A DNA stretch of 40,831 nucleotides from Candidatus Methanomethylicia archaeon (GTDB taxonomy: Archaea > Thermoproteota > Methanomethylicia > Nezhaarchaeales > B40-G2). Position 1 is the stretch's first letter; the number at the start of each line of letters is the position of its first letter. The DNA is taken from the NCBI GenBank assembly GCA_029259155.1, contig JAPDJI010000029.1:1-40831 (forward strand). The letters are read 5' to 3'. The notes beneath the pieces were generated by a model, which saw only the letters and a program-made list of their open reading frames with translations, was not told the origin of the DNA and ran no database searches. Positions 17,676 to 28,032 of the stretch are shown here, piece by piece. The position numbers and the translations under genes are program-made.

Positions 17676-19649
17676 CTAGCTTAAGACCAGGTTCAAGAAT
17701 AAATTGGTGAGGGCCCCCATAGTTAGGGCCAGGACAATGTAGAGGGCGGTCATCAATATCGCTTTCTTCACGCCGTATTCGTGGATCAAGGCAGCGATGG
17801 TAGCTATACATGGTATGTATAACATAACGATCACCGTGAACACTATCATCTGCTGGGGCGTCAATACCGTCGATAAGTTCGTAGTCCCAGCCACCTCGGT
17901 CAGCATGACCAAAGTAAGCTCTTTACGCAGTATACCAAACACTATAGGTACAGCACAGATTGCAGGCAGTCCCAAGAAACCTTCCATGAAAGGCTTAGAG
18001 GCCGCTACGAAGGCATCAAGCAGCCCCATAAGCTTGAAAGCCTCTATAGCGACGCTTCCTCCCACTATCAAGGGGAAGGCTATGAACATGAAGGACCATG
18101 TTCTAACCAAGGTCTTATTGACCACCGACTTAATTGAGGGAAGTCTATAGGGAGGCATCTCCATAATTAGTCCCACAGCTTCTCCAGGCAACACCTTAAA
18201 GGCTAACCTGCCCAACAGCACTATTACAGCAAGGTCTAAGAGGTAGATGGCGAGCGCCACGTGAATTCCGATAAACCTTCCCACCAACCCTAATATGACC
18301 ACGGTCCTAGCGGCACAGGGAACCAGCACTATCAAGAGCCCTGCTATCAATCTTTCACGGTCAGTCTCCAATACTCTAGAGGCCATCACCGCGGGGACGT
18401 TGCAGCCGAAGCCTAGAACCATAGGGACTATGGCTCTCCCGTGTAGCCCCACCTTATGCATCAAAGCATCTGTCAGGAAAGCGGCGCGGGGAAGATAACC
18501 TGAATCCTCTAAGATGGAGAGCACTAAGTAGAAGGGAATTATGTAAGGCAAGATAATCGTAGTGCCCGCTGCTATACCCATAATCACGCCGTTAACCACC
18601 AGGTCGACGGCCTCAGCAGGTAGTAAGGATAGCAAGAAGCTGGAGGCTTCGGGAACGGCATAGTTTTCAAAGAAGCCTTCGAGAACTTCCACCAAAAGAT
18701 CGCCTACAGTGAAGATCAGCGCGAACGTAGCGACGAGGACACCGATCATTATAGGGTAGCCTAAAACACGGTGGACTAACACAGCATCTAGCTTATCGCC
18801 CCAAGGAATCTCGGGTCGAGGCTTCAACTGTACACAGGCTTTAGCTATCCTAGCTGCGATGCTGTAGCGCTCCGAAGCTATCACTACGGGTGAAGGTTCG
18901 CCGTGAATAAGTTCAAGCTCCTCAGCTAGTCGCTCAGCTAACGCTACGATCTCCTTGCCTTCAGCCGTTGATGATAGCCTAGCAACGATCTCCTCGTCAC
19001 GTTCAAGGAGTTTAAGCGCTACCCACGTTTTCGGGTAATTTAGTTTTAGTTTGTCGGCTTTAGCTTCAAGCACCTCAATAAGCCTGACTATCCTCTCCTC
19101 TACTTCCTTACCGTACCTAGGTTGTGGAGGCCTAACACCTTGCTTAGCTATGCGTAATGCTGTGGAGAGGAGGTCTTTGACACCCATCCCTGTTATGGCC
19201 ACGGTGGCCACTATAGGGAAGCCTAGCTCCTTTGATAACATCTCTACGTTGATCTCTATGCCTTTTCTGGTCGCTGCGTCGACCTGGTTTAACGCCATCA
19301 CCATGGGCGCTTCAAGCTCCATCAACTGGAGCGTCAAGTAGAGGTTACGTTCAAGCGCCGTCGCATCGACCACGTTTATTACCACATCAGCCTCTCCAGA
19401 GGCTATATACTCTCGAGCTACCTTCTCATCAGCTGAGAACGCAGATAGTGAATATACGCCAGGTAGATCTATCACTTTAATCTTGAGGCCCTCGAAGTAA
19501 AGAGTGCCTTCCACCTTCTCCACGGTGGTTCCAGGCCAATTCCCTACATTCTGTCTAAGGCCAGTGAGCTGGTTAAAGAGGGCGCTTTTACCGACATTGG
19601 AGTTTCCAGCCAGCGCTAATGTTAGTTTCTCGGCCACTGTTCCCTTCAC
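17676..19649 (-). CDS. feoB: Ferrous iron transporter FeoB
   Basis: GNSNVGKS, VGNWPGTTVE, DLPG, LEDSGYLPRAA, GFGCNVP, YIPCIAT. Confidence 0.96.
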   Translation of the reverse strand: MKGTVAEKLTLALAGNSNVGKSALFNQLTGLRQNVGNWPGTTVEKVEGTLYFEGLKIKVIDLPGVYSLSAFSADEKVAREYIASGEADVVINVVDATALERNLYLTLQLMELEAPMVMALNQVDAATRKGIEINVEMLSKELGFPIVATVAITGMGVKDLLSTALRIAKQGVRPPQPRYGKEVEERIVRLIEVLEAKADKLKLNYPKTWVALKLLERDEEIVARLSSTAEGKEIVALAERLAEELELIHGEPSPVVIASERYSIAARIAKACVQLKPRPEIPWGDKLDAVLVHRVLGYPIMIGVLVATFALIFTVGDLLVEVLEGFFENYAVPEASSFLLSLLPAEAVDLVVNGVIMGIAAGTTIILPYIIPFYLVLSILEDSGYLPRAAFLTDALMHKVGLHGRAIVPMVLGFGCNVPAVMASRVLETDRERLIAGLLIVLVPCAARTVVILGLVGRFIGIHVALAIYLLDLAVIVLLGRLAFKVLPGEAVGLIMEMPPYRLPSIKSVVNKTLVRTWSFMFIAFPLIVGGSVAIEAFKLMGLLDAFVAASKPFMEGFLGLPAICAVPIVFGILRKELTLVMLTEVAGTTNLSTVLTPQQMIVFTVIVMLYIPCIATIAALIHEYGVKKAILMTALYIVLALTMGALTNLFLNLVLS

Positions 19650-19651
19650 CT

Positions 19652-20278
19652 TTAGAGGAGAGGCCTGACGATCACCCTAGAGGCTACTCCAAAACCTAGG
19701 GCTAAGGTTACCCCCCTAACCATAATCTCTATGGGGCCTCTGAAAGGCGCCTTCCTGACCACTTGAACCTCCGTGCCTGGCGTTAAGCCCATCTCCGCTA
19801 ACCGTCTAACGAGGCCGTAGCCTCCCAAGGCAAAGACCACTACGCCTTTGCCTCCAGGCGTTAAGCTTGTGAGAGGTGCAAGGTCTTCGACCCGGCCCTG
19901 TAGATCCATGAGGCCTTGATGTAAGCCCCGAACAGTGAAGCCGTTAAAGCCGTGCTTGGCTTCCCAATGCTTGTCGAGGTCCTCTAATCTCCTCTCCATG
20001 ATTCGCGACAGCTTCCCTATCAGCGAAGCACCGTGGTACAGCTTGTTGTGGACGACGCTCTCTCGATGTATATGCATCTCCTCTAGGCCTTCAGGTGTTA
20101 AAGCATACTTGCCGTCAACCTCTTTTGCTAAGCCTTTAATCACCGCTTCATGGAGTAAGCGTTGGGCTTCCTCGAGGCCTATCTCAAGTTCCTTAGCTAC
20201 CTCTTCCGGCGAAGACGGCTTGACGCCTTTAAGCTCTAAGCTTCTTAAGGCCTCGAGCAGGCACTGGAGATTCTCCAT
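19652..20278 (-). CDS. feoA: FeoA-domain protein with N-terminal wHTH and His-rich linker
   Basis: C-terminal RRLAEMGLTPGTEV.VVRKAPFRGPI..LALG. N-terminal EEVAKELEI..LLHEAVIKGL..YALTPEG. Confidence 0.82.
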   Translation of the reverse strand: MENLQCLLEALRSLELKGVKPSSPEEVAKELEIGLEEAQRLLHEAVIKGLAKEVDGKYALTPEGLEEMHIHRESVVHNKLYHGASLIGKLSRIMERRLEDLDKHWEAKHGFNGFTVRGLHQGLMDLQGRVEDLAPLTSLTPGGKGVVVFALGGYGLVRRLAEMGLTPGTEVQVVRKAPFRGPIEIMVRGVTLALGFGVASRVIVRPLL

Positions 20279-20291
20279 ACCTCCACCCTCT

Positions 20292-20311
20292 AAGTTAGGT
20301 TAACCTAACTT
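20292..20311. promoter_or_regulatory. DtxR/MntR-family operator (perfect palindrome)
   Basis: AAGTTAGGTTAACCTAACTT contains the TTAGG...CCTAA core of DtxR-family boxes and lies between feoA and the divergent DtxR gene. An extra half-site AACCTAAC follows at about 20317. Confidence 0.85.
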
Positions 20312-20420
20312 CTGTCAACCTAACCTTCAAGTTATTTAAAGTTAATTATTGAACTATGCACAAAAACTACGAAAAAGTTAACTCTGACCTTAAATTTCTA
20401 TCCTAAAGAAGGGAAGCTCT

Positions 20421-20804
20421 TTGAGCAGTGAAGTCAAATTAACTAGGAGCCTCGAAGACTACCTAGAAGCCGTCTACATCCTCCAAGTGGAGAAAGGAGA
20501 AGCAAGGATGAAGGACCTTGCAGCTAGGCTCAACGTGAAGGCTTCCAGCGCAAACGAAGCTGTCGAAAAGCTGGCTGAGCGCAACCTTGTTAAGCATGAG
20601 CGTTACGGCACCATAACGTTAACCAAAGAAGGAGAAGATCTAGCTAAACGAATCTATAATAGACATAGAATCCTTTTGAAGTTCCTCCACGAAGTACTCG
20701 GCGTTGAACTGGATACTGCTGAGGAGGATAGCTGTGCGCTTGAACACTCTATAAGCGAGGAGACCCTCAATAAACTTGTCAAGTTCATTGAGCGCCTAGG
20801 CTAA
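20421..20804 (+). CDS. DtxR/MntR-family metal-dependent transcriptional regulator
   Basis: [40 protein letters not shown]. Confidence 0.92.
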   Translation: MSSEVKLTRSLEDYLEAVYILQVEKGEARMKDLAARLNVKASSANEAVEKLAERNLVKHERYGTITLTKEGEDLAKRIYNRHRILLKFLHEVLGVELDTAEEDSCALEHSISEETLNKLVKFIERLG

Positions 20805-20956
20805 CGGGGAGGAAGGGACCCTCAGGTCGATGTCTAACCTCAAGATCGCCTCGCCGCAGCAGCCTCCCTGATTATAGGCTCAGCGCCTTTTTCATGAGAG
20901 ACGTGAAAACGCAGGTACAGGTTAACGGCTTAAAAGCTATAACGCCAGTCTACTTA

Positions 20957-22618
20957 ATGGTTGCTATGCGCAGCAAGGAGGTTAAGGAGGGTTTAGAGAG
21001 AGCTCCACATAGATCCCTGCTTAGAGCTCTCGGAGTAGGCAAGGATGATTTCAAGAAACCCTTCATAGCCGTGGTTAACAGCTACTCCGAGACAGTACCT
21101 GGACACTTACACCTCAGGAACCTTGCTGAAGCTGTAAAGCAGGGGGTTAGGGAAGCTAAAGGAGTGCCCTTTGAAGTGAACACGATAGCTATCTGTGACG
21201 GGATAGCCATGGGGCACGTAGGCATGAAGTACTCGCTTCCGTCACGCGACTTAATAGCTGACTCCGTGGAGCTTGTTGTGGAGGCTCACCGTTTTGATGG
21301 AATGGTACTGATCACCAATTGCGACAAGATAACCCCGGGCATGTTGATGGCTGCTGCGAGGCTCAACCTACCATCCATTGTGGTCACGGGGGGGCCCATG
21401 AGGTCAGGGATCTTTAAGGGCAGAAAGGTAGGTGTGGCCTCCGTCTTCGAAGCCGTGGGTGGAGTTAAGACAGGGGATGTCAGCCTCGAGGAGCTTGAGG
21501 AGCTTGAATCCTGTGCTTGTCCAGGGCCTGGATCGTGTAATGGAATGTTCACAGCTAACACCATGGCTTGTTTAACTGAAGCTTTAGGCATGTCACTTCC
21601 AGGCTGCGCTACTGCTCATGCTGATACCTCCAGGAAGCTTGAGCTTGCCCGTCTAAGCGGCATTAGGGCTGTGGAAATGGTCAGGGAGGGGCTTAGAGCC
21701 AAGGATATCATGACTGCAGAGGCTTTCCAGAACGCGGTTGCTGTTGACTTAGCGCTGGGAGGCTCCACGAACACAGCGCTTCACCTCCCAGCTATCGCTC
21801 ATGAAGCAGGTGTTGACTTAAGCCTAGACTACTTCGACGAAGCAAGCAGGAAGGTGCCTCAGCTATGTACCATGGTTCCTGGAGGAACACATACCATGGA
21901 GGACCTCGACCTAGCCGGCGGCATACCAGCGCTGATGGCGGAGCTAGCTCCTCTCTTAAACCTGAACGTGTTGACGGTTACGGGAAAGACCCTACGTGAA
22001 AACCTAGTTAATGTGACTGTGAAGGACCGGTCTGTAATAAGGTCTCTTAGCCAGCCGGTCTCCAAGACAGGTGGCATTGCTATACTTAAGGGGAGCCTCG
22101 CACCTAGAGGCTCCGTGCTTAAGACAGCCGCACTCTCCCAGGAAGCCTTCAAGTTCAGGGGGGAGGCAAAAGTCTACGATTGCGAAGAGGATGCTGTTGA
22201 GGCCTTAATGAAAGGGATGATTAAGGAGGGGGACGCCGTCATTATAAGGTACGAGGGGCCTAAAGGAGGTCCAGGCATGAGAGAGATGCTTCAAGCCACC
22301 GCCATTCTAGCTGGGATGGGGCTAGCCGGCAAGGTAGCGTTGATAACTGATGGAAGGTTCTCCGGCGCCACTAGAGGGCTATGCATAGGACATGTATCGC
22401 CTGAAGCAGCTGAGGGAGGTCCTATAGCGTTGGTAAAGGATGGGGACATAGTGGTCATCGACGTGGAGGCTAGGAAGCTAGACCTAGAAGTAAGCTCTGA
22501 TGAACTTGAAGCTAGGAGAAAGACCTGGAAGCCTCGAACCCCAAAACTAGAAAGAAGCTACTTAGCGAGGTATGTTAAGCAGGCTTCATCAGCAAGTGAA
22601 GGAGCCATCCTTAAGTAG
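20957..22618 (+). CDS. ilvD: Dihydroxy-acid dehydratase
   Basis: [54 protein letters not shown]. Start is probably ATG 20957 or 20966. Confidence 0.96.
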   Translation: MVAMRSKEVKEGLERAPHRSLLRALGVGKDDFKKPFIAVVNSYSETVPGHLHLRNLAEAVKQGVREAKGVPFEVNTIAICDGIAMGHVGMKYSLPSRDLIADSVELVVEAHRFDGMVLITNCDKITPGMLMAAARLNLPSIVVTGGPMRSGIFKGRKVGVASVFEAVGGVKTGDVSLEELEELESCACPGPGSCNGMFTANTMACLTEALGMSLPGCATAHADTSRKLELARLSGIRAVEMVREGLRAKDIMTAEAFQNAVAVDLALGGSTNTALHLPAIAHEAGVDLSLDYFDEASRKVPQLCTMVPGGTHTMEDLDLAGGIPALMAELAPLLNLNVLTVTGKTLRENLVNVTVKDRSVIRSLSQPVSKTGGIAILKGSLAPRGSVLKTAALSQEAFKFRGEAKVYDCEEDAVEALMKGMIKEGDAVIIRYEGPKGGPGMREMLQATAILAGMGLAGKVALITDGRFSGATRGLCIGHVSPEAAEGGPIALVKDGDIVVIDVEARKLDLEVSSDELEARRKTWKPRTPKLERSYLARYVKQASSASEGAILK

Positions 22619-22623
22619 CAAAG

Positions 22624-23730
22624 CTAACCGCTGTACGGGGTTTCATCCACGTAGTCGAAGTAGGCTTCAAGCAGCTCAGTTGGGTGAGCGTCCCATGGAT
22701 ATTTAGCGACGAAAATGGTAAGCTCAGCCCTCCTAATTATGTATAGGTTGCCCTCATACATGTAGGGCTGTGGCTCGGGAAGATCCCAGCCTATCTCGTG
22801 GAAGACGGCGGAGACGTTTACAACAACAGTGTTCCACTCACTCACATTAACAGGCACGAAGTAGAGCATTAAGCCTTCACCGATGTCGCTCTTGATAAGC
22901 CTTGGCTCTGAGGTTTCATTAGTGAAGAGTATCCATAGTCCTTGGTACGGAATTAAAGAGTAGTTGCTTACCCTTCTATGTTCGCCCCAGTCCCAAGAAC
23001 CAAAACCTACCTCTACGCCTACGACCCTTGAAGGCTTCGAGCTTAGAGGGGTACTGAACATAGGTTTAACTTTGATGGTTAAGACGCCGGGAAGCTCCAC
23101 GGTCTGCCATAATCCACTCATGACCCACTCTCCTTCGTTGCGGGTCAGGTTAGCCACGAGGAGCTTAGCTGAGCCGTCGCTCTCCATTACAGCTGCAACC
23201 TCCTCCACACCATCCCTACAGCTCACGTAGCTCCAAGCGAAGGGCTGACTACATCCCTTCATCACGTCGTATATCCAGTAATAAAGGTTCGGGTTTCTAA
23301 GAGGGGTGAAAGAGGAAGGCTCAAAATAATGCAGCCTGCTCTTAGCCTTCAACGTATAGTTGTCAGCATCCAACACTAAAATTACGAAGGCACGGTTTGG
23401 GGGAAGGGCGTTTAACACGAAGGGAGATTTCAAAGTATAGAGAGCTTCCTCTCCAGGGCTTAGTTCTTGAGGACCTTCTACTATCTCCCATGCCTTATAT
23501 CCACCAGGGGTGCCATCCACTATGAAGAAGACAGGCCTGAAGGGCGGACTATCCAGATTCCTAAGCTTAACGACGAGGTGGTCGAAGCGATTAAGCCTAC
23601 TAGAGTCATAGGCGCCTACTATTTGAACCTCAACTTGTTGAGGAGGCCTACCCAATAAAGCAACAGCTGAGGACAGTATCACGATGACGGCAACCGTGAT
23701 TATTATCAGGTTAAGTCGCCTTGGAGACAC
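22624..23730 (-). CDS. Membrane-anchored extracellular protein of unknown function
   Basis: N-terminal hydrophobic anchor, beta-rich body and several N-X-S/T sequons (NYT, NLT, NYS, NET, NVS). Overlaps the upstream GT gene. Confidence 0.7.
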   Translation of the reverse strand: MSPRRLNLIIITVAVIVILSSAVALLGRPPQQVEVQIVGAYDSSRLNRFDHLVVKLRNLDSPPFRPVFFIVDGTPGGYKAWEIVEGPQELSPGEEALYTLKSPFVLNALPPNRAFVILVLDADNYTLKAKSRLHYFEPSSFTPLRNPNLYYWIYDVMKGCSQPFAWSYVSCRDGVEEVAAVMESDGSAKLLVANLTRNEGEWVMSGLWQTVELPGVLTIKVKPMFSTPLSSKPSRVVGVEVGFGSWDWGEHRRVSNYSLIPYQGLWILFTNETSEPRLIKSDIGEGLMLYFVPVNVSEWNTVVVNVSAVFHEIGWDLPEPQPYMYEGNLYIIRRAELTIFVAKYPWDAHPTELLEAYFDYVDETPYSG

Positions 23731-24943
23731 GTTCCTTCACCATCATTAAGGCAGCGTAGTATGCGATGGGAATGAAGAAGATAAAGTAATTTTGAAGGCT
23801 TCTCCAAGAGAAGAATAGGACGAAGGCAGGCACTATCCAAGCTAAATATTTTACCCTCTCGAAGTTCAGCCAGTACAGTACCAACAAAGTTAAGGCCGCG
23901 GCGACTGTAGCTACAGTAAAGAAGATCTTAGGTAGATATAGGTAGCCTTCATAGACCAGGGAGACGAGTCCATAACCCATGGGGGTTAAAGGCTCAACTA
24001 CAGGAGTTAGGACGCCCCTTAGCCAGCTTTCGAAATCCCAGACGATGAAGGGTAAGTTAGGGAGAAGGAAGACTATTAATGCATAGACGCCGTAGAGAAC
24101 CGTCTCCTTCAGACCTTTCCTCTTGAACAGCCATATGAGGAGGAAGGGTAAGATGAGCCATGGAATTTGTTTGACTGCCATGGCTAACCCCAGGAAAATA
24201 GCGCTAATAGACAGGTCCTTAGAAGAGGAAGGATTGAAGAACTTCATAGATAGCAGGAGAAAGAAAGCCCAGATAATGTCGTGGGTCCCCACATAGGAAA
24301 GTATAAGGAGCATAGGGTCCAGAAACATGATCAATATAGGCAGCAACCTATACTCGCTAGGGGTTTCGAAAGCTAAGAAGAGAGCTGTTAAGAGGAAGAA
24401 GAATACCATGACACCTCCGACATCGTTGAAGCCGACCATGAAGGCGGGCACATAGATCAAGAAGCTGAGGGAAGGGTAACTGTAGGTTGTTATGGAAGCT
24501 CCTTCGAGGGTCTGTGTGAGCCAGCGGTAATCCATGGCGTACTTTATTAATGCTGGATGCATGGAGTGAGCATACGGGTTTTCCCCTGAAAGTAAGAGCT
24601 CTACAGCGTACCTAGTGAAGATGGTAGCGTCGGTGCCATAGTGAGGTGATCCCTGAGAAGATACGGCGAAGGATAGAACAAAGCTGATAGCCGCAGCGGC
24701 GGCAATGATGCGAGTAGTTTTAACGAGGCGTAGGTCAGTGAAGGCCTCAACCAGAAGTATGAAAGCTATTGCATATAGGAGAAGGGTGCTAAGGAGGCCT
24801 GGTAAGTTCTCAACGAGGTTAAACTCTAGGTGTATCCAGAAAGCTGACCTGAAAAGTAGGGCTGCTACAATAACGTTGATAGCTTTCTTGCCGAGCTCTC
24901 CGAGAGGAGGTATGGGTGGGTTTCCCTTGTGTTTCATGTACAT
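23711..24943 (-). CDS. Polytopic GT-C-type glycosyltransferase (GT87/DUF2029-like)
   Basis: GTD...A..LL.GENPY, YSYPSLSFL, GTHD, AVKQ.PW, NLPF. Many TM segments. Confidence 0.7.
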   Translation of the reverse strand: MYMKHKGNPPIPPLGELGKKAINVIVAALLFRSAFWIHLEFNLVENLPGLLSTLLLYAIAFILLVEAFTDLRLVKTTRIIAAAAAISFVLSFAVSSQGSPHYGTDATIFTRYAVELLLSGENPYAHSMHPALIKYAMDYRWLTQTLEGASITTYSYPSLSFLIYVPAFMVGFNDVGGVMVFFFLLTALFLAFETPSEYRLLPILIMFLDPMLLILSYVGTHDIIWAFFLLLSMKFFNPSSSKDLSISAIFLGLAMAVKQIPWLILPFLLIWLFKRKGLKETVLYGVYALIVFLLPNLPFIVWDFESWLRGVLTPVVEPLTPMGYGLVSLVYEGYLYLPKIFFTVATVAAALTLLVLYWLNFERVKYLAWIVPAFVLFFSWRSLQNYFIFFIPIAYYAALMMVKERVSKAT

Positions 24944-26031
24944 TAGCTCCTCCAGACGAACAGTTCACTGACAGAGTAGTTGGCTAAGAAGCCTAAGAAG
25001 ATACCGATGAGGTTAGCTATCAGGTAGTGCATGCCTAGGAAGGCGACCAGCGAGAGCAGAACGACATAATTCACGAGAGCTCCTATAGCCACTGCTCCAT
25101 GATATCTTAAACACTTCGACAGTATACCTCCTTCCTTACGATCCTTAAAAGTCCAGTAGTTATTGAGTATAAAGTTGCTGAGGACAGAGGTTTCAATAGC
25201 TAGGGCTCCGGCAACCTGTAGCGGGATAAAGTGTATTAGGAGGTGTAGGAGCCCCTCGTTAACTACGATCCCTGAAGCACCTACAGCCGCGAACTTGATC
25301 GGTCTATAACTGCTGAGCTCTAACAGGTATTTTATGTAGCTGTAAACCTCCTTGGTGTTGAGCTTGCTCTTCCCCTTCAACCTCGGCTTAAACATGTAAG
25401 GAAGCTCTGTCGCGGCGTTCCATTTCCCCTTAACTAAGATCTCTAAGAGCACCTTGAAGCCCTTAGGTTTAAGCTCTACTCCATCGATGACTCCTCTCTT
25501 AAACATGAAGAAGCCAGACATCGAGTCCTTGAACCCTCTAACTCGAGGTAACGCGAGCTTAGCTAGGGCTATAGCTACCCTTGACACAAGCCTTCTCCAC
25601 AAACCCCAGCCTTCTATTCCCCCTCCTCTGATATACCTTGAAGCTACGACGATGTCGAAGCCCTCATTAATCTTATCCAGCATCTTAGGTAGCAGTTCAG
25701 GTGGATGCTGTAGGTCTGCATCCATAACCGCTAGCACGTTAGCTTTAGCCACCCTAGCCCCCTCGGTCACAGCTGAGCCTAAACCAAGCTTAGCTGGCCT
25801 TCTAATCACCTTCACGTTTCCATAACGTTCACTAGCCTTATACGCCACATCCGCTGTACCGTCAGGACTATTGTCGTCGACCACTATTAGCTCGAACCGC
25901 CTTCCTTTAAGAGAGCTTTCAACCCTCTCTAGGAGGGTGACGATGTTATCCCGTTCGTTGTAGGTGGGTACGATCACCGACAGTTCCAAGGAATCCTCCG
26001 ACGCGCTTTGAGGTCCATGGCTCGCTTCCAA
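24943..26031 (-). CDS. Dolichol-phosphate mannosyltransferase (GT2) fused to GtrA-like domain
   Basis: VPTYNERDN, VDDNSPDGT, MDADLQHPP, SGFF, GFKVLLE. C-terminal KFAAVGASG..VN..NF.LN.YWTF. Confidence 0.92.
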   Translation of the reverse strand: MEASHGPQSASEDSLELSVIVPTYNERDNIVTLLERVESSLKGRRFELIVVDDNSPDGTADVAYKASERYGNVKVIRRPAKLGLGSAVTEGARVAKANVLAVMDADLQHPPELLPKMLDKINEGFDIVVASRYIRGGGIEGWGLWRRLVSRVAIALAKLALPRVRGFKDSMSGFFMFKRGVIDGVELKPKGFKVLLEILVKGKWNAATELPYMFKPRLKGKSKLNTKEVYSYIKYLLELSSYRPIKFAAVGASGIVVNEGLLHLLIHFIPLQVAGALAIETSVLSNFILNNYWTFKDRKEGGILSKCLRYHGAVAIGALVNYVVLLSLVAFLGMHYLIANLIGIFLGFLANYSVSELFVWRS

Positions 26032-26179
26032 ATCTTTTCACCCTGAGGCTCAACACTGCCTTGAGTTTCAGACAAGCACTACAAATAAAGTTTAACCTTA
26101 ATTAACCTCTTTGAAGTGCTCTTAATCCTCAGCGGGCAGAATATGATAAGAGGTATACAAGCTGACCATGATCACAGCC

Positions 26180-26633
26180 TCGAGCGGTGCTCCACAGTCA
26201 ACAAGAGCTTTGACGAAATCACTAGGGGAGGATTCGTTAGAGGTACCTTAGTGTTGTTAGCCGGTAACCCAGACATGGGGAATGGCATGTTTGCTACCAG
26301 AAATTTCTATGAAGGGCTTGGTTAAACCTTGAAAAAGCTGAGCCTAGAAACTTGACTAGGTACCCTAACCTGTCAACCGAGGTGACCAAGGAAGCCATAA
26401 ACTTCTTCAAGTCACGCGGCATAACAAGCGTTGAATGCCTCGCTGAAGATTACTTTAAAGAACATAAGGCTTCCTTAGACACCTCTGTTGACAACATAAT
26501 AGCCCTTGATTTTAAGATCGAGGACAAGGCGCTCAAGAGGACTCTGCTTATTATTAAAGCTAGGATGGGAGCTGTTGACATTAAAGAACGCGAGCTTATC
26601 CTACTAAGCGGTAAGCCCATGGTCAGAGTATAG
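26180..26633 (+). pseudogene. Internally deleted KaiC/RAD55-family ATPase remnant
   Basis: An N-terminal piece RCST.NKSFDEITRGGFVRGTLVLLAGNPDMGNG (broken Walker A) is followed after stops by a C-terminal piece FKSRGITS...VDNIIAL...RTLLIIKARM. Confidence 0.75.
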
Positions 26634-26696
26634 GCAAAGCTTAAAGCCTGCTTTAGCTGTAGGCCTAGCCCTGAGTTTTTAGGGGTGTCGATTCTA

Positions 26697-27962
26697 ATGG
26701 GTATGACCATAACCGAGAAGATACTTGCTAGAGCATCAGGTAAGAAGGAGGTTAGTGCTGGCGAGCTTGTCGTGGCCAAGGTAGACGTGGCCATGATACA
26801 TGACTTCACCGGACCTATGACGGTGAAGGCGCTCAAGGCCATGGGGGCACCTGGGGTCTGGGATCCTTCAAGGGTCGTCGTGATCTTCGACCACCAAGTA
26901 CCTGCCAGTAGCTTGAATGCCGCCGAGTTTCATAAAATGCTTCGTGCCTTCGTGAAGGAGCATGGGATCACCAACTTCTATGATGTAGGTAGAGGAGGTA
27001 TATGTCACCAAATCATGCCTGAAGAAGGCTTCGTAGTCCCCGGCTCAGTCATCGTTGGCGCTGACTCCCATACGACGACTTATGGAGCCCTAGGGGCCTT
27101 TGCTACAGGTCTAGGCTCCACCGATATGGCTGCAGCCATAGCTACAGGGGAGCTTTGGTTCAGGGTACCTGAAACCTTGAAGGTACAAGTGGATGGTAAA
27201 GTCAGGCCTCCCGTATCAGCAAAGGACCTGACGCTGGCGATAATAGGGATAGTGAAGGCTGACGGAGCCACCTATAAGGCCGTAGAGTATAGTGGAGAGG
27301 GGGTCAAGGACCTTAGCATAGAGGGCAGATTGACGATGTGTAACATGGCTGTGGAGATGGGAGCTAAGAACGGCATCGTGGAGCCTGACGCTAAAACCGA
27401 GGCTTTCCTGAAAGGTAGAGCTAGGTTCCCCTACCAACCTGTCAAGAGCGACCCCGACGCTAACTATGAAAAGGAAGTTAGGCTTGAAGCCGATAAGCTT
27501 GAGCCTGTAGTTGCCTGTCCACACTCGGTAGATAATGTAAAGGTGGTTGTTGAGGTGGAGGGCATAGAAGTAGATCAGGCCTTCATAGGTTCATGTACCA
27601 ACGGTAGGTTAGAGGACCTGGAGGTCGCAGCTAAAATACTTAAAGGCAGGAAAGTACATCCAAGAACGAGGCTGGTAGTGATCCCAGCGTCCCAGCGCAT
27701 ATACCACGAGGCTACTAAGCGAGGGTTAATAGAGATATTCGTAGAGGCAGGAGCCATGGTATGTAACCCTACCTGCGGTCCATGCTTAGGCAGCCATCTC
27801 GGCATCCTAGGCGACGGTGAGACGTGTATTAGCGCTGCTAATAGAAACTTCATCGGTAGGATGGGTAGTCCCAAGTCGAAGGTCTACTTAGCTTCACCGG
27901 CCACCGTGGCTGCCTCAGCTATAGAAGGTAAGATAACCGACCCTAGAAAATACTGGAGCTAG
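26697..27962 (+). CDS. leuC: 3-isopropylmalate dehydratase / homoaconitase large subunit
   Basis: MGMTITEKIL, GICHQ, GADSHTTTYG, IGSCTNGR, CGPCLG, NRNFIGRMG. LeuC and HacA cannot be separated by eye. Confidence 0.9.
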   Translation: MGMTITEKILARASGKKEVSAGELVVAKVDVAMIHDFTGPMTVKALKAMGAPGVWDPSRVVVIFDHQVPASSLNAAEFHKMLRAFVKEHGITNFYDVGRGGICHQIMPEEGFVVPGSVIVGADSHTTTYGALGAFATGLGSTDMAAAIATGELWFRVPETLKVQVDGKVRPPVSAKDLTLAIIGIVKADGATYKAVEYSGEGVKDLSIEGRLTMCNMAVEMGAKNGIVEPDAKTEAFLKGRARFPYQPVKSDPDANYEKEVRLEADKLEPVVACPHSVDNVKVVVEVEGIEVDQAFIGSCTNGRLEDLEVAAKILKGRKVHPRTRLVVIPASQRIYHEATKRGLIEIFVEAGAMVCNPTCGPCLGSHLGILGDGETCISAANRNFIGRMGSPKSKVYLASPATVAASAIEGKITDPRKYWS

Positions 27963-27976
27963 ACTTTTTCCCCTTT

Positions 27977-28032
27977 GCCTCAGCCCTGGTCCTGCTATCA
28001 TTAATTCTACCCTTACACGCCTCATCATTGGC
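27977..28032 (-). ncRNA. Box C/D guide sRNA
   Basis: The minus strand reads GCC-A-ATGATGA(C)-GGCGTGTAAGGG-TAGA(D')-ATTA-ATGATAG(C')-CAGGACCAGGG-CTGA(D)-GGC. Canonical spacing, terminal stem, intergenic. Confidence 0.85.

Noticed and set aside
20805-20900. GGGAGG...CCTCCC stem between DtxR and ilvD as an sRNA
   Set aside because: Only a short stem with no convincing C/D or ACA boxes.
20894-20956. N-terminal extension of ilvD in the ORF track
   Set aside because: Homology starts at MRS, and the extension spans a TTAAAA promoter-like element.
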